Assembly (NCBI GenBank): GCA_003427395.1
Contig: BFEA01000015.1
Location: 6,154,978 to 6,218,977 of the forward strand
Direction of reading: 5' to 3'
Source of the DNA: Chara braunii
Lineage: Eukaryota > Plantae > Charophyceae
Length of the DNA: 64,000 nucleotides
Shown: piece after piece, positions 36,798 to 49,554 of the stretch
Position numbering within the stretch: the stretch's first letter is position 1
How the letters are laid out: every line of letters starts with the position of its first letter
Made by a program: the position numbers and the translations under genes
Notes under the pieces: generated by a model
Seen by the model: only the letters and a program-made list of their open reading frames with translations
What the model was told of the DNA's origin: nothing
The model's database searches: none

Positions 36798-37993
36798 ACA
36801 TTATCCGGCCAGGTATGCCATGCTACATAGCTANNNNNNNNNNNNNNNNNNNNNNNNNNNNNNNNNNNNNNNNNNNNNNNNNNNCGGGACACCCCCCCCC
36901 TCTCCCGGACGCCCCTTCCACCCCACCCACAGCACACTTGTGGAACGACTGGCCGGCCCCCATGTCCTCCCTCCTGAGGCATTGCCCTGCCCTATTCTGC
37001 CAAGCTCAAGACCTGGCCAGGCCGCAAGCAGAATTGGAATGTACAATACCCCCGGCCGCAGACATGGGAGCCAAACAGTCAGAAGAAGGCCTGCTGCACC
37101 TCAACCGGAGCAAGCAGCAGGGAATGGATGAACGGGACACTGATTGAGGCCCCAGCATGAAGGACGCAATGATTGGGCCGCCCCATGGGGATACTTCGTA
37201 ACTCTCTTGATACTTCGTACTCTTTGATACTTCACACTCTCTTGGTACTTTGTACTCTCTTGATACTTCGTACTCTTTAGCACCCCAGGACGATTCATAC
37301 TCTCTGGATACTTATTGTTTCCACCCTTCCCGAAGCTCTCTATTTGCAGTTAAACACAAGTGCAATTTACATTACAGGGATGCTGGACCCGCTTTCCAGC
37401 AGGTGCTGCTCCCCACCAATAGATGGAGCCTTTCAATGCAGAGCCAAAAAAAACAAAAAGGGGGCAACGGCTTGTGGGTCACAACCCACGTTTCAAATGG
37501 GCAAAAAAAACAAGCGTTGGCAGGACCGTGGCCACCCCAGTTCAGAAAGGAAATAAAAACAATTGGCGGCATTTCAGACATTGCCCCTGTTTGCGAAAGC
37601 ACATTTGTCATTTTCTGGACCCTTTTTTTTGTTCTTTTTATTTTGTTTTGTTTCTCATTTTTTTTTGTTTCATCATTACGCGGGGTCATGCCCCTTTCCA
37701 CTTCCACGGCCGTTTCCAGCCTCTCAACTTTCCAGATCGCATGGCCAAGAAGGCCGCGTGCTTCTCTCTTTGAGCCCCTGTTTCCCTTTTAATCGTGAAG
37801 GTGCAGACCTGAGTTCGATGGAAGCGAGGCTGTAGAAGCAATTCCTTGGATCATTGCGCGATGCCTTCTCCACACGGGCCCCCTTTTTTTTCCGGGTAAC
37901 TTCACTCGCCGCTACCAAGGGAATCCTCGTTGGTTTCTCTTCCTCCGTTTAGTTATATGCTTAAATTGGGCGGTTTCGCCCGCCCGCCCTGAC

Positions 37994-38111
37994 TGCACTA
38001 CGGGGCAAGATACAGTTTGCAATTGCACTTCCGGCATTCTACCTGGCCAGAAAGCTGGGTTGTATACATTGCCCCAACTGCAATTTGAAACTGTATCTTG
38101 GCCCGTAGTGC
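37994..38111 (-). repeat. Internal fold-back core related to the MITE at 20208-20402
   Basis: Shares caagatacagtttgcaattg...cctggccagaaagctgggttgtatacattgccc in reverse orientation. Confidence 0.75.
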
Positions 38112-38149
38112 TAGTAGTCCCTTCTTTTCTTCTTTTTTTCCATTTCGGT

Positions 38150-38368
38150 TGTGCCCTAGACATCTCGGGCATGGCCTAGACATTCCGCCATGGCCCAGCC
38201 ACGGCTGTAGCCTAGACATCTCGGTCATGGCCCAGCCACGGGCATAGCGTACCTTCTTCCCCCCAATACAACGCACGGCCCGGCCACGGGGATGGCCTGG
38301 ACATCTCAGCCGTGGCCCAGCGACGGGCGTGGCCTTGACATCTCGGCCTTGGCCTGGACATCTAGGCC
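38150..38368. repeat. Minisatellite, unit ~ggcctagacatctcggccatggcccagccacg
   Basis: About six degenerate tandem copies are visible. Confidence 0.75.
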
Positions 38369-38546
38369 GTTGTATTTATTTTTTGGTATTCCGCAGAAAT
38401 GAACAACAACAAATTAAAAAGAACACCCCCCCCCAAAAAAAAAAAACATTGGATACAGAATCTGGCGAACGTGTGAGAGTGCACCCTCTGTGAGGGGGTC
38501 ATAGCCCCGCAGTCATCATGGCAGTCGAACAAAAAAAAGAACAACG

Positions 38547-38587
<41 letters not shown>

Positions 38588-38825
38588 CCAAGATACGCCT
38601 GACACTGGTTGACAAGGCTTTATCTGCTGTTACCAACTGGGATCCTGATACACCTACCAGTAATGTTTTTTTTGCCTTTTAGAACTTGGCCCCTGGCAAT
38701 TCTGCCCGTGCCTGTTTTTTTCTGCCCATTTTGAACTACAGATGTGACCCACAAGCAGTTCCCCTTTTCTTTTTTTTGTGAAAGCTTCAGTGCAGGCGAG
38801 ACACTTACTGAGGTGACAGGTGCTT

Positions 38826-38865
<40 letters not shown>

Positions 38866-39414
38866 GCCCAGGTTTTTGTAGAGGTGGGATACTAGACGGA
38901 TGGCAGTCACGCACAGTACTCGGCCACTCGGTTGTCCAGATGAACCCCTCTGAAGACCCCACCCACCCTTCCTCTCATCTTTTTGCCCTGGGGCACCCAC
39001 ACCCCCCTGTCCTACCCTAGTGTTAACCACCCAGGACCATCACCGGGGCTGGAAACGACCTGTGCAGGAAAAGAAAAACCGGGGAAACAAAAAAAAAGAG
39101 CCGGCACGGGCTTCCTTTTGGTTGGCCACCACTAGCGATTTTGCTCCAGCGGCATTAGCCCCGAAAGTTGCAGCTGCATGCAAGCCGCATTTTTTATCCT
39201 TTGGCTGGGTAACCTACTGGAAAACCTATTCATCGTGCGCGGTCCTACTGGGGGGGCTGCTCTTATCACCCTCCAAAATAGGGTCTGCAGTCTTTAAAAA
39301 ACAAAACAAAACAAAAAACATTAATTGAGAAGAAGAAGAAGGATAAATAGGAATTCTCTGGGGCTAGAAACGGCCTATGCAGGAAAAGAAAAAGCGGGAA
39401 AACAAAGAAAAAGA

Positions 39415-41255
39415 GTCGCATCGCCCATCTGCTCCTACTGTGGGTCCTCCAGCCAGCAGATAGCAGAACTGGAACATTGCTTGCTCTACTGCCCAATGGC
39501 ACGACAAATATGGCAGTGGTGGACGGCCGCCTGGCACCACCTTACAACTGTGGAGTTCCCATGGGATCACATGGCAATTCTGTTTGGCAGCTTTGTCAAA
39601 GCCCTGCCCCTGCAGACCCCTTTCCAACTAAACCTTTTCAAGTATACAAGGCTGGAAATTCTCACGGTGACATGGCGAACCCGGTGCTCACAGGAACGAA
39701 AACAACACACCTTTGGCTTCCTCCAAGCAAAACAACACATTATCGAAACCATAAGGACGAATATCCAAAGAGTTTGAGAACAGTTGAAGAATGTGATAGC
39801 AGAAATAACTGACGCCACACAAAAGTCCCAGCAACTAGCCTTATTTCAGGAAATATGGTTGGATCCTGGAAAACGAATCGGTGAATTGCACGACGACCAA
39901 CTCCTGCACTGGAAGTCGTGGTGGCAGGATGAACTCCGGTGGAAACGACGTCCTCTCTCCTTCTTCAGCCGCCCTATACCGGGCCAACCGATCACAGGAC
40001 TCCAGACTACCTGCCAGCCTCCCCTGCAGGAAACAAACGTCACACCATCCCACCGCTCCCCATCTGGATCGCAAGAGGGTTCACAGGCAGTGGCCCGNNN
40101 NNNNNNNNNNNNNNNNNNNNNNNNNNNNNNNNNNNNNNNNNNNNNNNNNNNNNNNNNNNNNNNNNNNNNNNNNNNNNNNNNNNNNNNNNNNNNNNNNNNN
40201 NNNNNNNNNNNNNNNNNNNNNNNNNNNNNNNNNNNNNNNNNNNNNNNNNNNNNNNNNNNNNNNNNNNNNNNNNNNNNNNNNNNNNNNNNNNNNNNNNNNN
40301 NNNNNNNNNNNNNNNNNNNNNNNNNNNNNNNNNNNNNNNNNNNNNNNNNNNNNNNNNNNNNNNNNNNNNNNNNNNNNNNNNNNNNNNNNNNNNNNNNNNN
40401 NNNNNNNNNNNNNNNNNNNNNNNNNNNNNNNNNNNNNNNNNNNNNNNNNNNNNNNNNNNNNNNNNNNNNNNNNNNNNNNNNNNNNNNNNNNNNNNNNNNN
40501 NNNNNNNNNNNNNNNNNNNNNNNNNNNNNNNNNNNNNNNNNNNNNNNNNNNNNNNNNNNNNNNNNNNNNNNNNNNNNNNNNNNNNNNNNNNNNNNNNNNN
40601 NNNNNNNNNNNNNNNNNNNNNNNNNNNNNNNNNNNNNNNNNNNNNNNNNNNNNNNNNNNNNNNNNNNNNNNNNNNNNNNNNNNNNNNNNNNNNNNNNNNN
40701 NNNNNNNNNNNNNNNNNNNNNNNNNNNNNNNNNNNNNNNNNNNNNNNNNNNNNNNNNNNNNNNNNNNNNNNNNNNNNNNNNNAGTCATGAGACTTGTGTA
40801 CACCAACATTCAATAGTCTTTTTAACCACCTTGGGCCTTACGCAGTTGGACCTCGCAAAGGGCATTCCTTGCAGGTGGATCCAGCAGGTCACCGTCGTTT
40901 ACTGTTGTTAGAGCCCGCCATGGGGTTCGAGTATCAGGGGGGCTGCTGAACTAGGGCTGGGCTAACAGATAAGGTGGTGCTCCAAGAATGGAAGGGGGAC
41001 AATAGCAGCTCCAAGGGATAACGGAGCCCCGGGAAGAGACAACAATCACCATAGTCCTAGGAAACAACAAACACCAATATCTTTGTATTGTAAGATGTAT
41101 CAATGGGACGCTGGACCCGGTTTCCGGCAGATGCCGCTCCCCACCAATAAATGGAGCAGCTCGACAGATAAGCCCTCAATTCTGACGGTTCTCTTACCAC
41201 CGCCAGGATAAACGGATATTGTAAGGGCTATTAAAAAAAAATAATAAAAAAAAAT
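39415..41255 (+). mobile_element. Third LINE 3' portion (zinc-finger C-terminus, gap, 3' UTR, poly-A)
   Basis: SPICSYCG...LEHCLLYCP, TPFQLNLFKY; 3' UTR motif at 41095-41230 followed by an A-rich tail. Continuity across the gap is assumed. Confidence 0.75.
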
Positions 41256-43981
41256 TGAAGCAGTGTGCAAGCCACAACTGTGAAAAAACAACTGGGAAAT
41301 ATACTGGTGACTTAACCTTTGTCTACCCCTACTGACCGCTTTCACTGTGGGTATAGCTTCCGACCTCCATGGACTTTGTGGACCAAAAAAAAAAAAAAAA
41401 AAAAAAAGTTGGCACGGGCTTGCTTTTTGGTTGGGCAGCACTAGCCATTTTGCTCCGGAGGCCTAGCCACGAAAGTTGCAGCTGCATGCAAGCCACATAT
41501 TTTATCCTTTCGCTGGGAAACATACTGGAAAACCTATTCATTGTCCGCGGTCCTATTGAGGGGGCTTCTCTTATCACCCTCCAAAATAGGATCGAAAGTC
41601 TTTGAAAAACAGAGCGAAACAAAAAGCATTAACTGACAAGAAGAAGAAGGATAAAGAGGAAAACGGGAAATAATTGAGGAATACATCTATCGAGGAGGAG
41701 ACGAATCCATGTTAGGTATGGTGGGGAAACCTCGCGCCCGATGCTTCTTCTGATGGGAATAGGTTGTCGGCCTTCGAAAGTGCAAGAAAGGTGGTGCGCC
41801 CTGGCTTTTAGGAACGATGGGGTTGGAATTCCAGGCCCGGACGGGAATCCCATGCATCAGTTCCAAAGCGATTTTCATCCAGGGGTTGGGAAGGGAGAGA
41901 CGATAACAAAAGATCATCGAATTTACCAGAACATCAATTAAAAAATTAACTGGTTGAGAAAAAATAAAGGAAAGAATGAATCTCACATGCTCACAGACGC
42001 ACAAAATTTCAAAAATCTCTTGCAAATGACTATGACATCGCTGGCGCCTTCGCTTTCCAGTGCGAAACAGTGCGGGCGTACAAATGGAGTCGCAGGGATT
42101 GACAATGGCTGGGAAGAGAGAGATTCACAAGGACACTGACATCTCTTGCAGAGTTTGGCAGAGGTGGGAGGCCATGAGCCCTACATTCGTGGTCTCCTTT
42201 CTATCTGTTGGTTGTGCAAGCAAAACCTTGCTGGTGATAATGAGTATAATGGGACAGCCGGGGTGGCGGTCCCATAACCCTGGAGAAGGAGAAGGAAGGG
42301 ATGAGGAAGAAGATGGAGATGACAATGGAGTTGCAAGGGACCGATGCAGCACAACCATAGACTCAACACACATGTACTCCAAAAATGTGTAAGTAAAGAA
42401 TGAATCGAAATACAAATTGCAGCTGGGGTATACGCCCAGCAGACCGACTGGACAAGACGTGACTGGTACCAACAACGGTACCAAACGAGATTGGAATGAA
42501 TAGGCACACAACCTGTGGGGTCTGGCCAAACAACCGAAAATACAAAAAGCCAAGTAGCGAACATAGCCCCGACTATAGGTCGTGGTGAATAGAGGATTGT
42601 TGCACAATCCTCAGACATGTAGTGGGTCGCAAAAGCCATAAACATGCTATCCGCCAAAAGCAACGGAACTTTGCAAATAATAAAGCTACGGAGCAAGTTC
42701 CATGCATAATTCATGCGATGCAGGCTAAGCTACATAATGTCATAAAGAAAAGTATATGCGTGATATACACATCCTAACTAGCACAAGAAATGAAATGTGT
42801 CATAATACTATCCTAAAGTTATGGAGCCAATTGCCTCAATGTTGAAAGGGAAAAAAATATAGCAATATATCATAGGAGAATGTCTTTTTGCCGAACCACC
42901 GGGGTGGGATGGTCTCAGAGGGGTTGAATGCAGCCTAAGAACTAAAACTCCTAGGGGCAGTCATACACAAAAGTGGGATAGTCATCATGCTCAAGGTGGG
43001 AGGGAACACAACGAAACCAATAAGCCTAACATATATCATCAAGGCGGGTAATGCTCGACAAATGGGTAATACCATGCAGAATCTACCATGAAAGGCGAGC
43101 CTGAAATGTAATGAAATACCTAACGAAAGGTGGCCGGAACTAGGGTAATGAATGTGGTGCGTGAGGGGATCAAACATATAAATCACCGATTTAGAAAGAG
43201 CTAGAATCGGAGGATGAAAGTCATAATAACGCTACGGATCTCATTGCCTATACGCTACCGATGGACAATACAACCCAGGGGGAATTAGCTAGGGGAAGGC
43301 AAGGAGAACCATCATACAACACACAAAAGGGAATGCACAAGATAGGTTGGTGGCGTGAAGGAGTCATGTCGAAAGTAGTTGAAGCGGATGAAGTTGTTGA
43401 AGTTATCGAAATAGTCGATGATGTCGATGAAGTGTGAGTGATGTTGAACCAGGGCCACAAAACGTTGACATACTGAAGTAGAGTTGATGATGGAGTACAT
43501 GAAGACGTGAGCCAGTGAGAAGATAGGTAGGTAATGAGAGTGTCAGTCGTCATAACGCGTAAGGTAACGACGGGAGTGCTATGGACGCGCGGAGACATCC
43601 GTCTACCGCCGAAGAACGACTTCAAAAGGGGCAGACCCGTTCTCGACGATATCCTTAGTTGGAGAAAAAGAATGAGGGTCAGTCAGTTGAGAAGGACCAT
43701 ACGTCTCGACACGATGAAGACGATCATATGCATGCATAAAAGTCGTGGTCTGTTGCAAGTGCTCTAGGGGCTCCCTAGTAGCCTTCTCGTTAGGATAACC
43801 CTTCAAACACTAAAGTACTCGATGCGTGGAGGGGTATCGTAGGTAATTTGGCGAGATACTATGTCAGAGACGACGAACTTCGTGTGACCATATACCATGA
43901 TAGGTGGAAAACACGCGTAAGGGCATCCGACGAACCGTTCGGACGATCTGTGATATGGACGCATCAAGGAGACGTGATAAG

Positions 43982-44408
43982 CTGCGTAGCACGACGAACG
44001 TGTTCGTGCCCCTTCACGTTCGGGTGAACGTGCTCGCGCGAACAGCTCGCGAACATGTTCGGACGAACATAATTGTTTTTTGCAAAAAAAATATAAACTC
44101 CGACGAAACAGTTTGTCACAGCCCCTCGTTTGTTGTCGTCTTCTCCCTCTCTGCCTACGGTTTACCGGGCAGTTCTATTTGACGATATATATATTATTTT
44201 TTTGATTTTAAAATTTTAACTCATGATTGGCTACGAATTTGAACATGACAACAAGGCAAACGTTGCTTGTATTGTTATTTTACATAACATTTTTTTTTTT
44301 CAGATTTTTCTGAGAACGTTTTTTTAATATATATTTTTATGTTCGCGTTCGGAGGGTTTTGGGCGTTTGTTCGCGTTCGCCGCCGAACACGAACACGGTG
44401 CTACGTAG
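43982..44408. mobile_element. Non-autonomous TIR element with 8-bp TSD GTGATAAG and CGAAC/GTTCG subterminal repeats
   Basis: TIR CTGCGTAGCAC / GTGCTACGTAG; TSD at 43974-43981 and 44409-44416. Confidence 0.88.
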
Positions 44409-44499
44409 GTGATAAGCATCATATAACTAAGTATGTCAAAGATTAACAGAAAAAAATTCCAAAATTAAATAATCATTCTATAGTAAAATTGCATTCTAA

Positions 44500-44890
44500 A
44501 TTTCAAATTTTCATTCCATCTTTAAAAATGTCATTCCAATTTTAAAATTTCCCGTCTAACTTGAAAACTTTCCTTCCAAGAATGGGGTATCCCTTCTTAT
44601 TTGAACTGCATGCTAGAGATGGAATAAAAGTCTGGATGAGTTCATGAAATATTTTAATTGGACTGTCATTCTAAGTAAGGATTTCCAATCATAAAAAAAC
44701 TAATTCAATCCAAATTAGAAGATATTTGTTGTAGTAGAATGAAAGTTTAATTAAAATATTTCATAAACTCGTCAAGACTTCCATTCCATTTTGAACAAAT
44801 AGATGTAGTTGGAAGGGAAAACTCATACTTAGACGGGAACTTATAAAATAAAACTGTAAATTTTAGAATTTGACGAACTTTGAAATGATA
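44500..44890. repeat. AT-rich fold-back element (decayed MITE)
   Basis: ttcccgtctaa (~44550) versus ttagacgggaa (~44830); tcatgaaatattttaatt versus aattaaaatatttcata. Confidence 0.6.
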
Positions 44891-46309
44891 ATTTACAAAT
44901 ATGAAGATTTTTTTTTTTTTTTAAATGTTTTTTTAACTTTAATTTATCATGAAAATAGTCAAACAACTTAACATGGAAGCTACCGATCTATCGACAATAT
45001 CAGAACTGATGACTTGAAGGATGCACCATGCACTGAAGAAGCGACGCCTGAACTTGCGAAGTGTATAAGCTACAAGTTGCAAGTGGCGGGCATCAACGAA
45101 CAATCATCACTGAATTTAAATGAATGATTCATTCACGATCGGTTCTCATTCCAGTGTGCGAGACGGCTATACTCTTGCGTGTGTAGTAAAAATAAATCCA
45201 TATGCTCGACCGACTCGTCAAGGGAGAGGCAATAAGTGTCAGGGTGCAATTGCGAGGGTGATGATAGCCAATGTCACTGGAGTATGGCGAAGTCCCCATA
45301 GCTGGTGAAACACCATGGTTGTAAGCAATCTCTGCATGAGCTAAGTGTAAGTCTCACTGTCGATCATCCGTAACAACCTTTCGGAGGATATTAACGATAG
45401 TTTTGGTGGTAACCTCAGTCTGACCATCCGTCTAAGGATGGTAAAACGACGAGAAGCAGAGTTGGGATTTGTATATGTCGTGTAGGCATCGCGAAAACAT
45501 ATTGGTGAAGCACGGGTCATGGTCAAAGGAATGGTCTGATACCGCCACAATTTCGTATAGATGTCGCAAAAATCAAGGCAGTAACAGTGTTGAGTGCAAA
45601 ATGCAGTGATTATCAAATCATCAATGGTGGTGACCGAGATGGTGTAGAGTTGTATAAGGTCCTGATTTTGGTCAGGATGACGAGACAAGATCATAGTATT
45701 TCGAAGCGAGAGCGGGGTAAACTCAAATATCACGGGGGACTCCGGCGACCCTTACCGGTACCTACTACAGATACTAGACCCCACTCAGTGACTAGACCCC
45801 CCAAGTCATCCCAAGAGACTCTAGACCCTAGGTCCAGACACCGTAGGCGCCGGAGCGACTTATTTTCGTCCTGCCCTTACCCTAGGGCATAAGCCTTATA
45901 TAATATGCCCGAAGGTTGTGTGTGCTCTGTGAATCAATGTATCGAGATGTATATGCAGCATCATGTGTATATTTCAAAGCGAGAACGGGGTAAGTTGGAC
46001 AAGAACCCCCCCAAGGTTCGGACCAAGCTCGAACCCGTGACCTTGTAGCATGTAATCAAGTGAGTCTATCATGTGAACAACTAGCGGAAATGGCATGAAC
46101 GTGTGATATGCCCGACCCGGGAGATCGACAGAACACCCAAGACCAGCGCCTTCCAAGCAACCCATGTGAAACCCAGAACCAACATTCAACACCATGAACA
46201 ACCCTTGGGTGGTGCGCAGGCAGTGTCTGTAACAGTACCATGCGTCAGCCCAAGGGAGTGTATGTCCATCCGTGCGTCATTCTAACGCCTTGTCGGTGTC
46301 CATGCGCAA

Positions 46310-46395
46310 GGCTGCAATTGAGTTTTGAACCCACAACCTCATACCACAATGCGCATTTCCAACCGGTGCTCTAACCACTGAGCCACATCAACAGA
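46310..46395 (-). repeat. tRNA-derived (SINE-like) head with Pol III A and B boxes
   Basis: Minus strand TGGCTCAGTGGTTAGAGCA...GGTTCAAAAC; no clean cloverleaf or anticodon arm. Confidence 0.55.
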
Positions 46396-48119
46396 GCTAA
46401 CTGTTCTAAGGTATACTAGTGGGGGCTGCTCATATCACCAACACTAGTGACCCCCGGGACGGCCTCTGTTTTGAAAAAAGATTTGATTTACAGAACTCCA
46501 CGGATAGACCTTCCTGCACCAAGAGAGGTAGAAAGCTATGTTTGCAGGGGTTCCCTGTAGAGCCTTAGGAGAGTGGTAGGTAGGTTTTGAAAACTGCAAC
46601 AGAAAAAATGTCGAGCGATTTTCGGTGATTTTCAACATAGGAGTTTGGTTTTGTATGTATTTCATCTGTTGATATGCCTTATAATATGAAGACCAACGTT
46701 GAACAATGTTGATTGACAAAAGGTCAACAACATCTCAACATTGCTTCAACAAGATTTCAACAAGATTTCAACATGTCTCAACATATGCTAAACACTACCC
46801 GAGTTCCCTCTCTACAGAGTTAGGTACACAATGACAATTTAATGGAACCTGTCTCAATTTTCGTAGTTGGTTTACTTGGTGTACATACATGGAAGTTTTT
46901 TCTGCATTGAGAGACATTTGTACAACAATTATTTTAGATGTCATGAAACATTATGGTTGTTTTGCAATATTTTGACAGTATGACCAAATGATTGTGAGTT
47001 TGATTTACATGTAATTCATGACCGTGTGACTTTTTTGATAAAGGTTTTGATATTTGACTTAAAGTTTGCGCAGCCGTGGACAGGATAAACTATTGTTCAT
47101 AACCTGAAATAATATAGTATATATAATGTACATATATATATATATATATATATATGAGAAAACTAGGGCATTATGCCATGATGTAGAAAGACCGGAGGAT
47201 TGCTGCGCTAGCGCTAGCGCCCCGACGCCTGCAGACCGGTAGGACCGGTTCCCCCGGCTCGACTAGCGCCTGGGGAGGTAAGCTCCCTGGCTGCTAGGCC
47301 TGTGCGCGCGTCCGGCAGTAGCGCGTGGCTCTTCGATTGCCACGTGGCATCTGCTGTAAGGATGTGCATGTCCGCGACGCTCGGGCAGGGGTAGCGCCAA
47401 CACTGAAGACCGACGACGAATTGTAATATGTGATGCAACAATTTGGGTGAGGGATGAAGATGGTAAGGGAGCTACAACATGGAGCAATTCGACTACAGAT
47501 ACACTTGGCGATAATGAAGATGATGTCTCGCTTACAGAAGATGCTGAAGATGAGCAAGATAATGATTGCGATGTGCTCCACAATTTTACAAATATATGCG
47601 CTATGTGTGACATCGGGAAGACGAGCTGTGTTGTTGCTGTGTGTGAGTGTGATGAATATGAGGGAGGGGGGAGAACAAAGGTGGGCTAACTTGATGGACT
47701 GTCCTACCAGGTTGAGGAGGAGAGTGCAGTTGGCGATGGAGAGAGGGAATATCCCGGTGATGATGAGGGGGGGGGAGAAGAAAGGTGGGCTAACTTGATG
47801 GCACTGTCTTACCAAGTTGTGGAGGAGAGTGCAGTTGGCGATGGGGAGAGGGAATATGTCGCTGATGACGCAGGTGAGTGGGAGGTCAGGGATGAGAGTG
47901 CAGTTGGCGATGGGGGGGGGGGGAAATGTGCCACTAACGACGCAGGTGAGTGGGAAGGGGAGTGGGGGTTATTGGCAACGGTGGAAATGGCGGCAGCGGC
48001 AGCAGCGACGGCAACAGTCACAATAACAACAACATCTACAATAACAATATGGGAGGTGGAGCAGGGGTTGGCAGAGGAGAGGCAAGGAATGGGCGGGATT
48101 GGCGAGAAGGGTGGGATGG

Positions 48120-48216
48120 TCGACAACAACAATGACAATAACAACAATGACAACAACAACGGCAGCTTGCGGCGAATGGTTGAACTGGGTGAGATAGGAG
48201 TGAAGGAGGATAACAT

Positions 48217-48247
<31 letters not shown>

Positions 48248-48430
48248 AACAACAACAACGACGACGACGACAATACCAACGCGATGGAGGAGAGGGGAGA
48301 GAATGCTGACAACAACGACAACAACGACAACAACAACAACAACAACAACAACAAAGTTGGCAAAAACAACGAGATGGTTGAGATAGGAGAGGATGCTGAC
48401 AATAACAACAGCAACAAAAACAACAATGAC
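48120..48430 (+). repeat. (AAC)n microsatellite region
   Basis: Direct reading of the sequence. Confidence 0.95.
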
Positions 48431-49554
48431 GAAGGTGAGTAGGGATAAGAGCTTGGCAGGGAGTAGGACAGTGTTGGAGTGCTTTGGAAGGGTTTGCCAG
48501 GGATTTCAAGGGTTTTTGAGCATTTGTAGGACCTATGAGAAGTCAACGGACTGAAGAAGGACGACATCAGAAGCAAGGAAAAAGACGGAGGATATAGACA
48601 CAAAACGAGAAGGAAGGCGTCTGAAATTCAGGGAGCAGCGAAGACAACGAACTAGCGAAAGACAACCAGGTAAAGAAGAACGACAACTGTCGCAACAAAT
48701 ACGAAGGAAGGAACAGATACAAGACGAGAAGGCGGCAGGTTCGCGACGACGAGGGCGCAAACCGTCGATCGTCACCCAGGGATACGAGAGGAGAAAGTGA
48801 CCGTGACGACGCGCGGGAAAGGAACAGGACCACCAGGTTGGAAGGAAGCTTCGGCGGGAGGGTGGCAAGGAGTGGCGGCGCCGAGCCGTGAGGGCAAGTA
48901 GGCTGACAGGTGAGAGGGCGGCGGTACCGAGACAGTGAGGGGGTCCGCAGGTTGGGAGAACCATCTAGGTTCAAGTGGATTAAGACTCATGATGGTCAGA
49001 AGGAAAGCGCACAGACGGGCGGAAAGGAAGACGAGGGCGACAAGAGAACAACAAAAAGGATGAAGTTGATGTGGCGACTCGGCTGATAGAGGGGTGACGC
49101 AAAGAACTCTGCCCAAATCTCGAGGGGGTCGGATGATACCGAAGGAAAAGGAAAACATGCGTGCAAGGAGAAACAGAGGAAAGGGATAAGGAAGCAAGAC
49201 AGTAACACAGAGGAAGAGGACAGAACCAAAACAACAGCAAGTGGAAAGGAAATAGGGGACACAGACGAAGATCAGAGAACAGCAAAACGGAGGAGAGAGC
49301 TAGGGGCATCGACGGAAGAGCAGAGGACATCCTTGGTACATCCCCCTCTGGGGCCCCGGGTGGTTTTTTACTACTCGGTGGAGGGGGGGCCGGGCATCGA
49401 AGGAAAGAGGGGGACACATCACGCCTGGTAAGCACAAAAACAACCAACCCCTCCGACACCCCGTTGGAAAAAAAAAAAAAAAAAAAAAAAGTTAAAAAAA
49501 ACAAAATAAAAAACCCTAATTAACCAAGAGGCGTGGGCGAATTCAATCAGGATC

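Noticed and set aside
41900-45733. Protein-coding gene in the minus-strand ORFs
   Set aside because: Coding-like but stop-riddled, with no motif I can assign; probably an old TE remnant.
46310-46395. Functional tRNA gene
   Set aside because: Only A/B boxes are recognisable; there is no consistent acceptor or anticodon stem.
47795-48603. Poly-Asn / poly-Leu ORFs as proteins
   Set aside because: They are translations of (AAC)n microsatellites. The same applies to the (CA)n, (GGGGTAA)n and N-gap ORFs.
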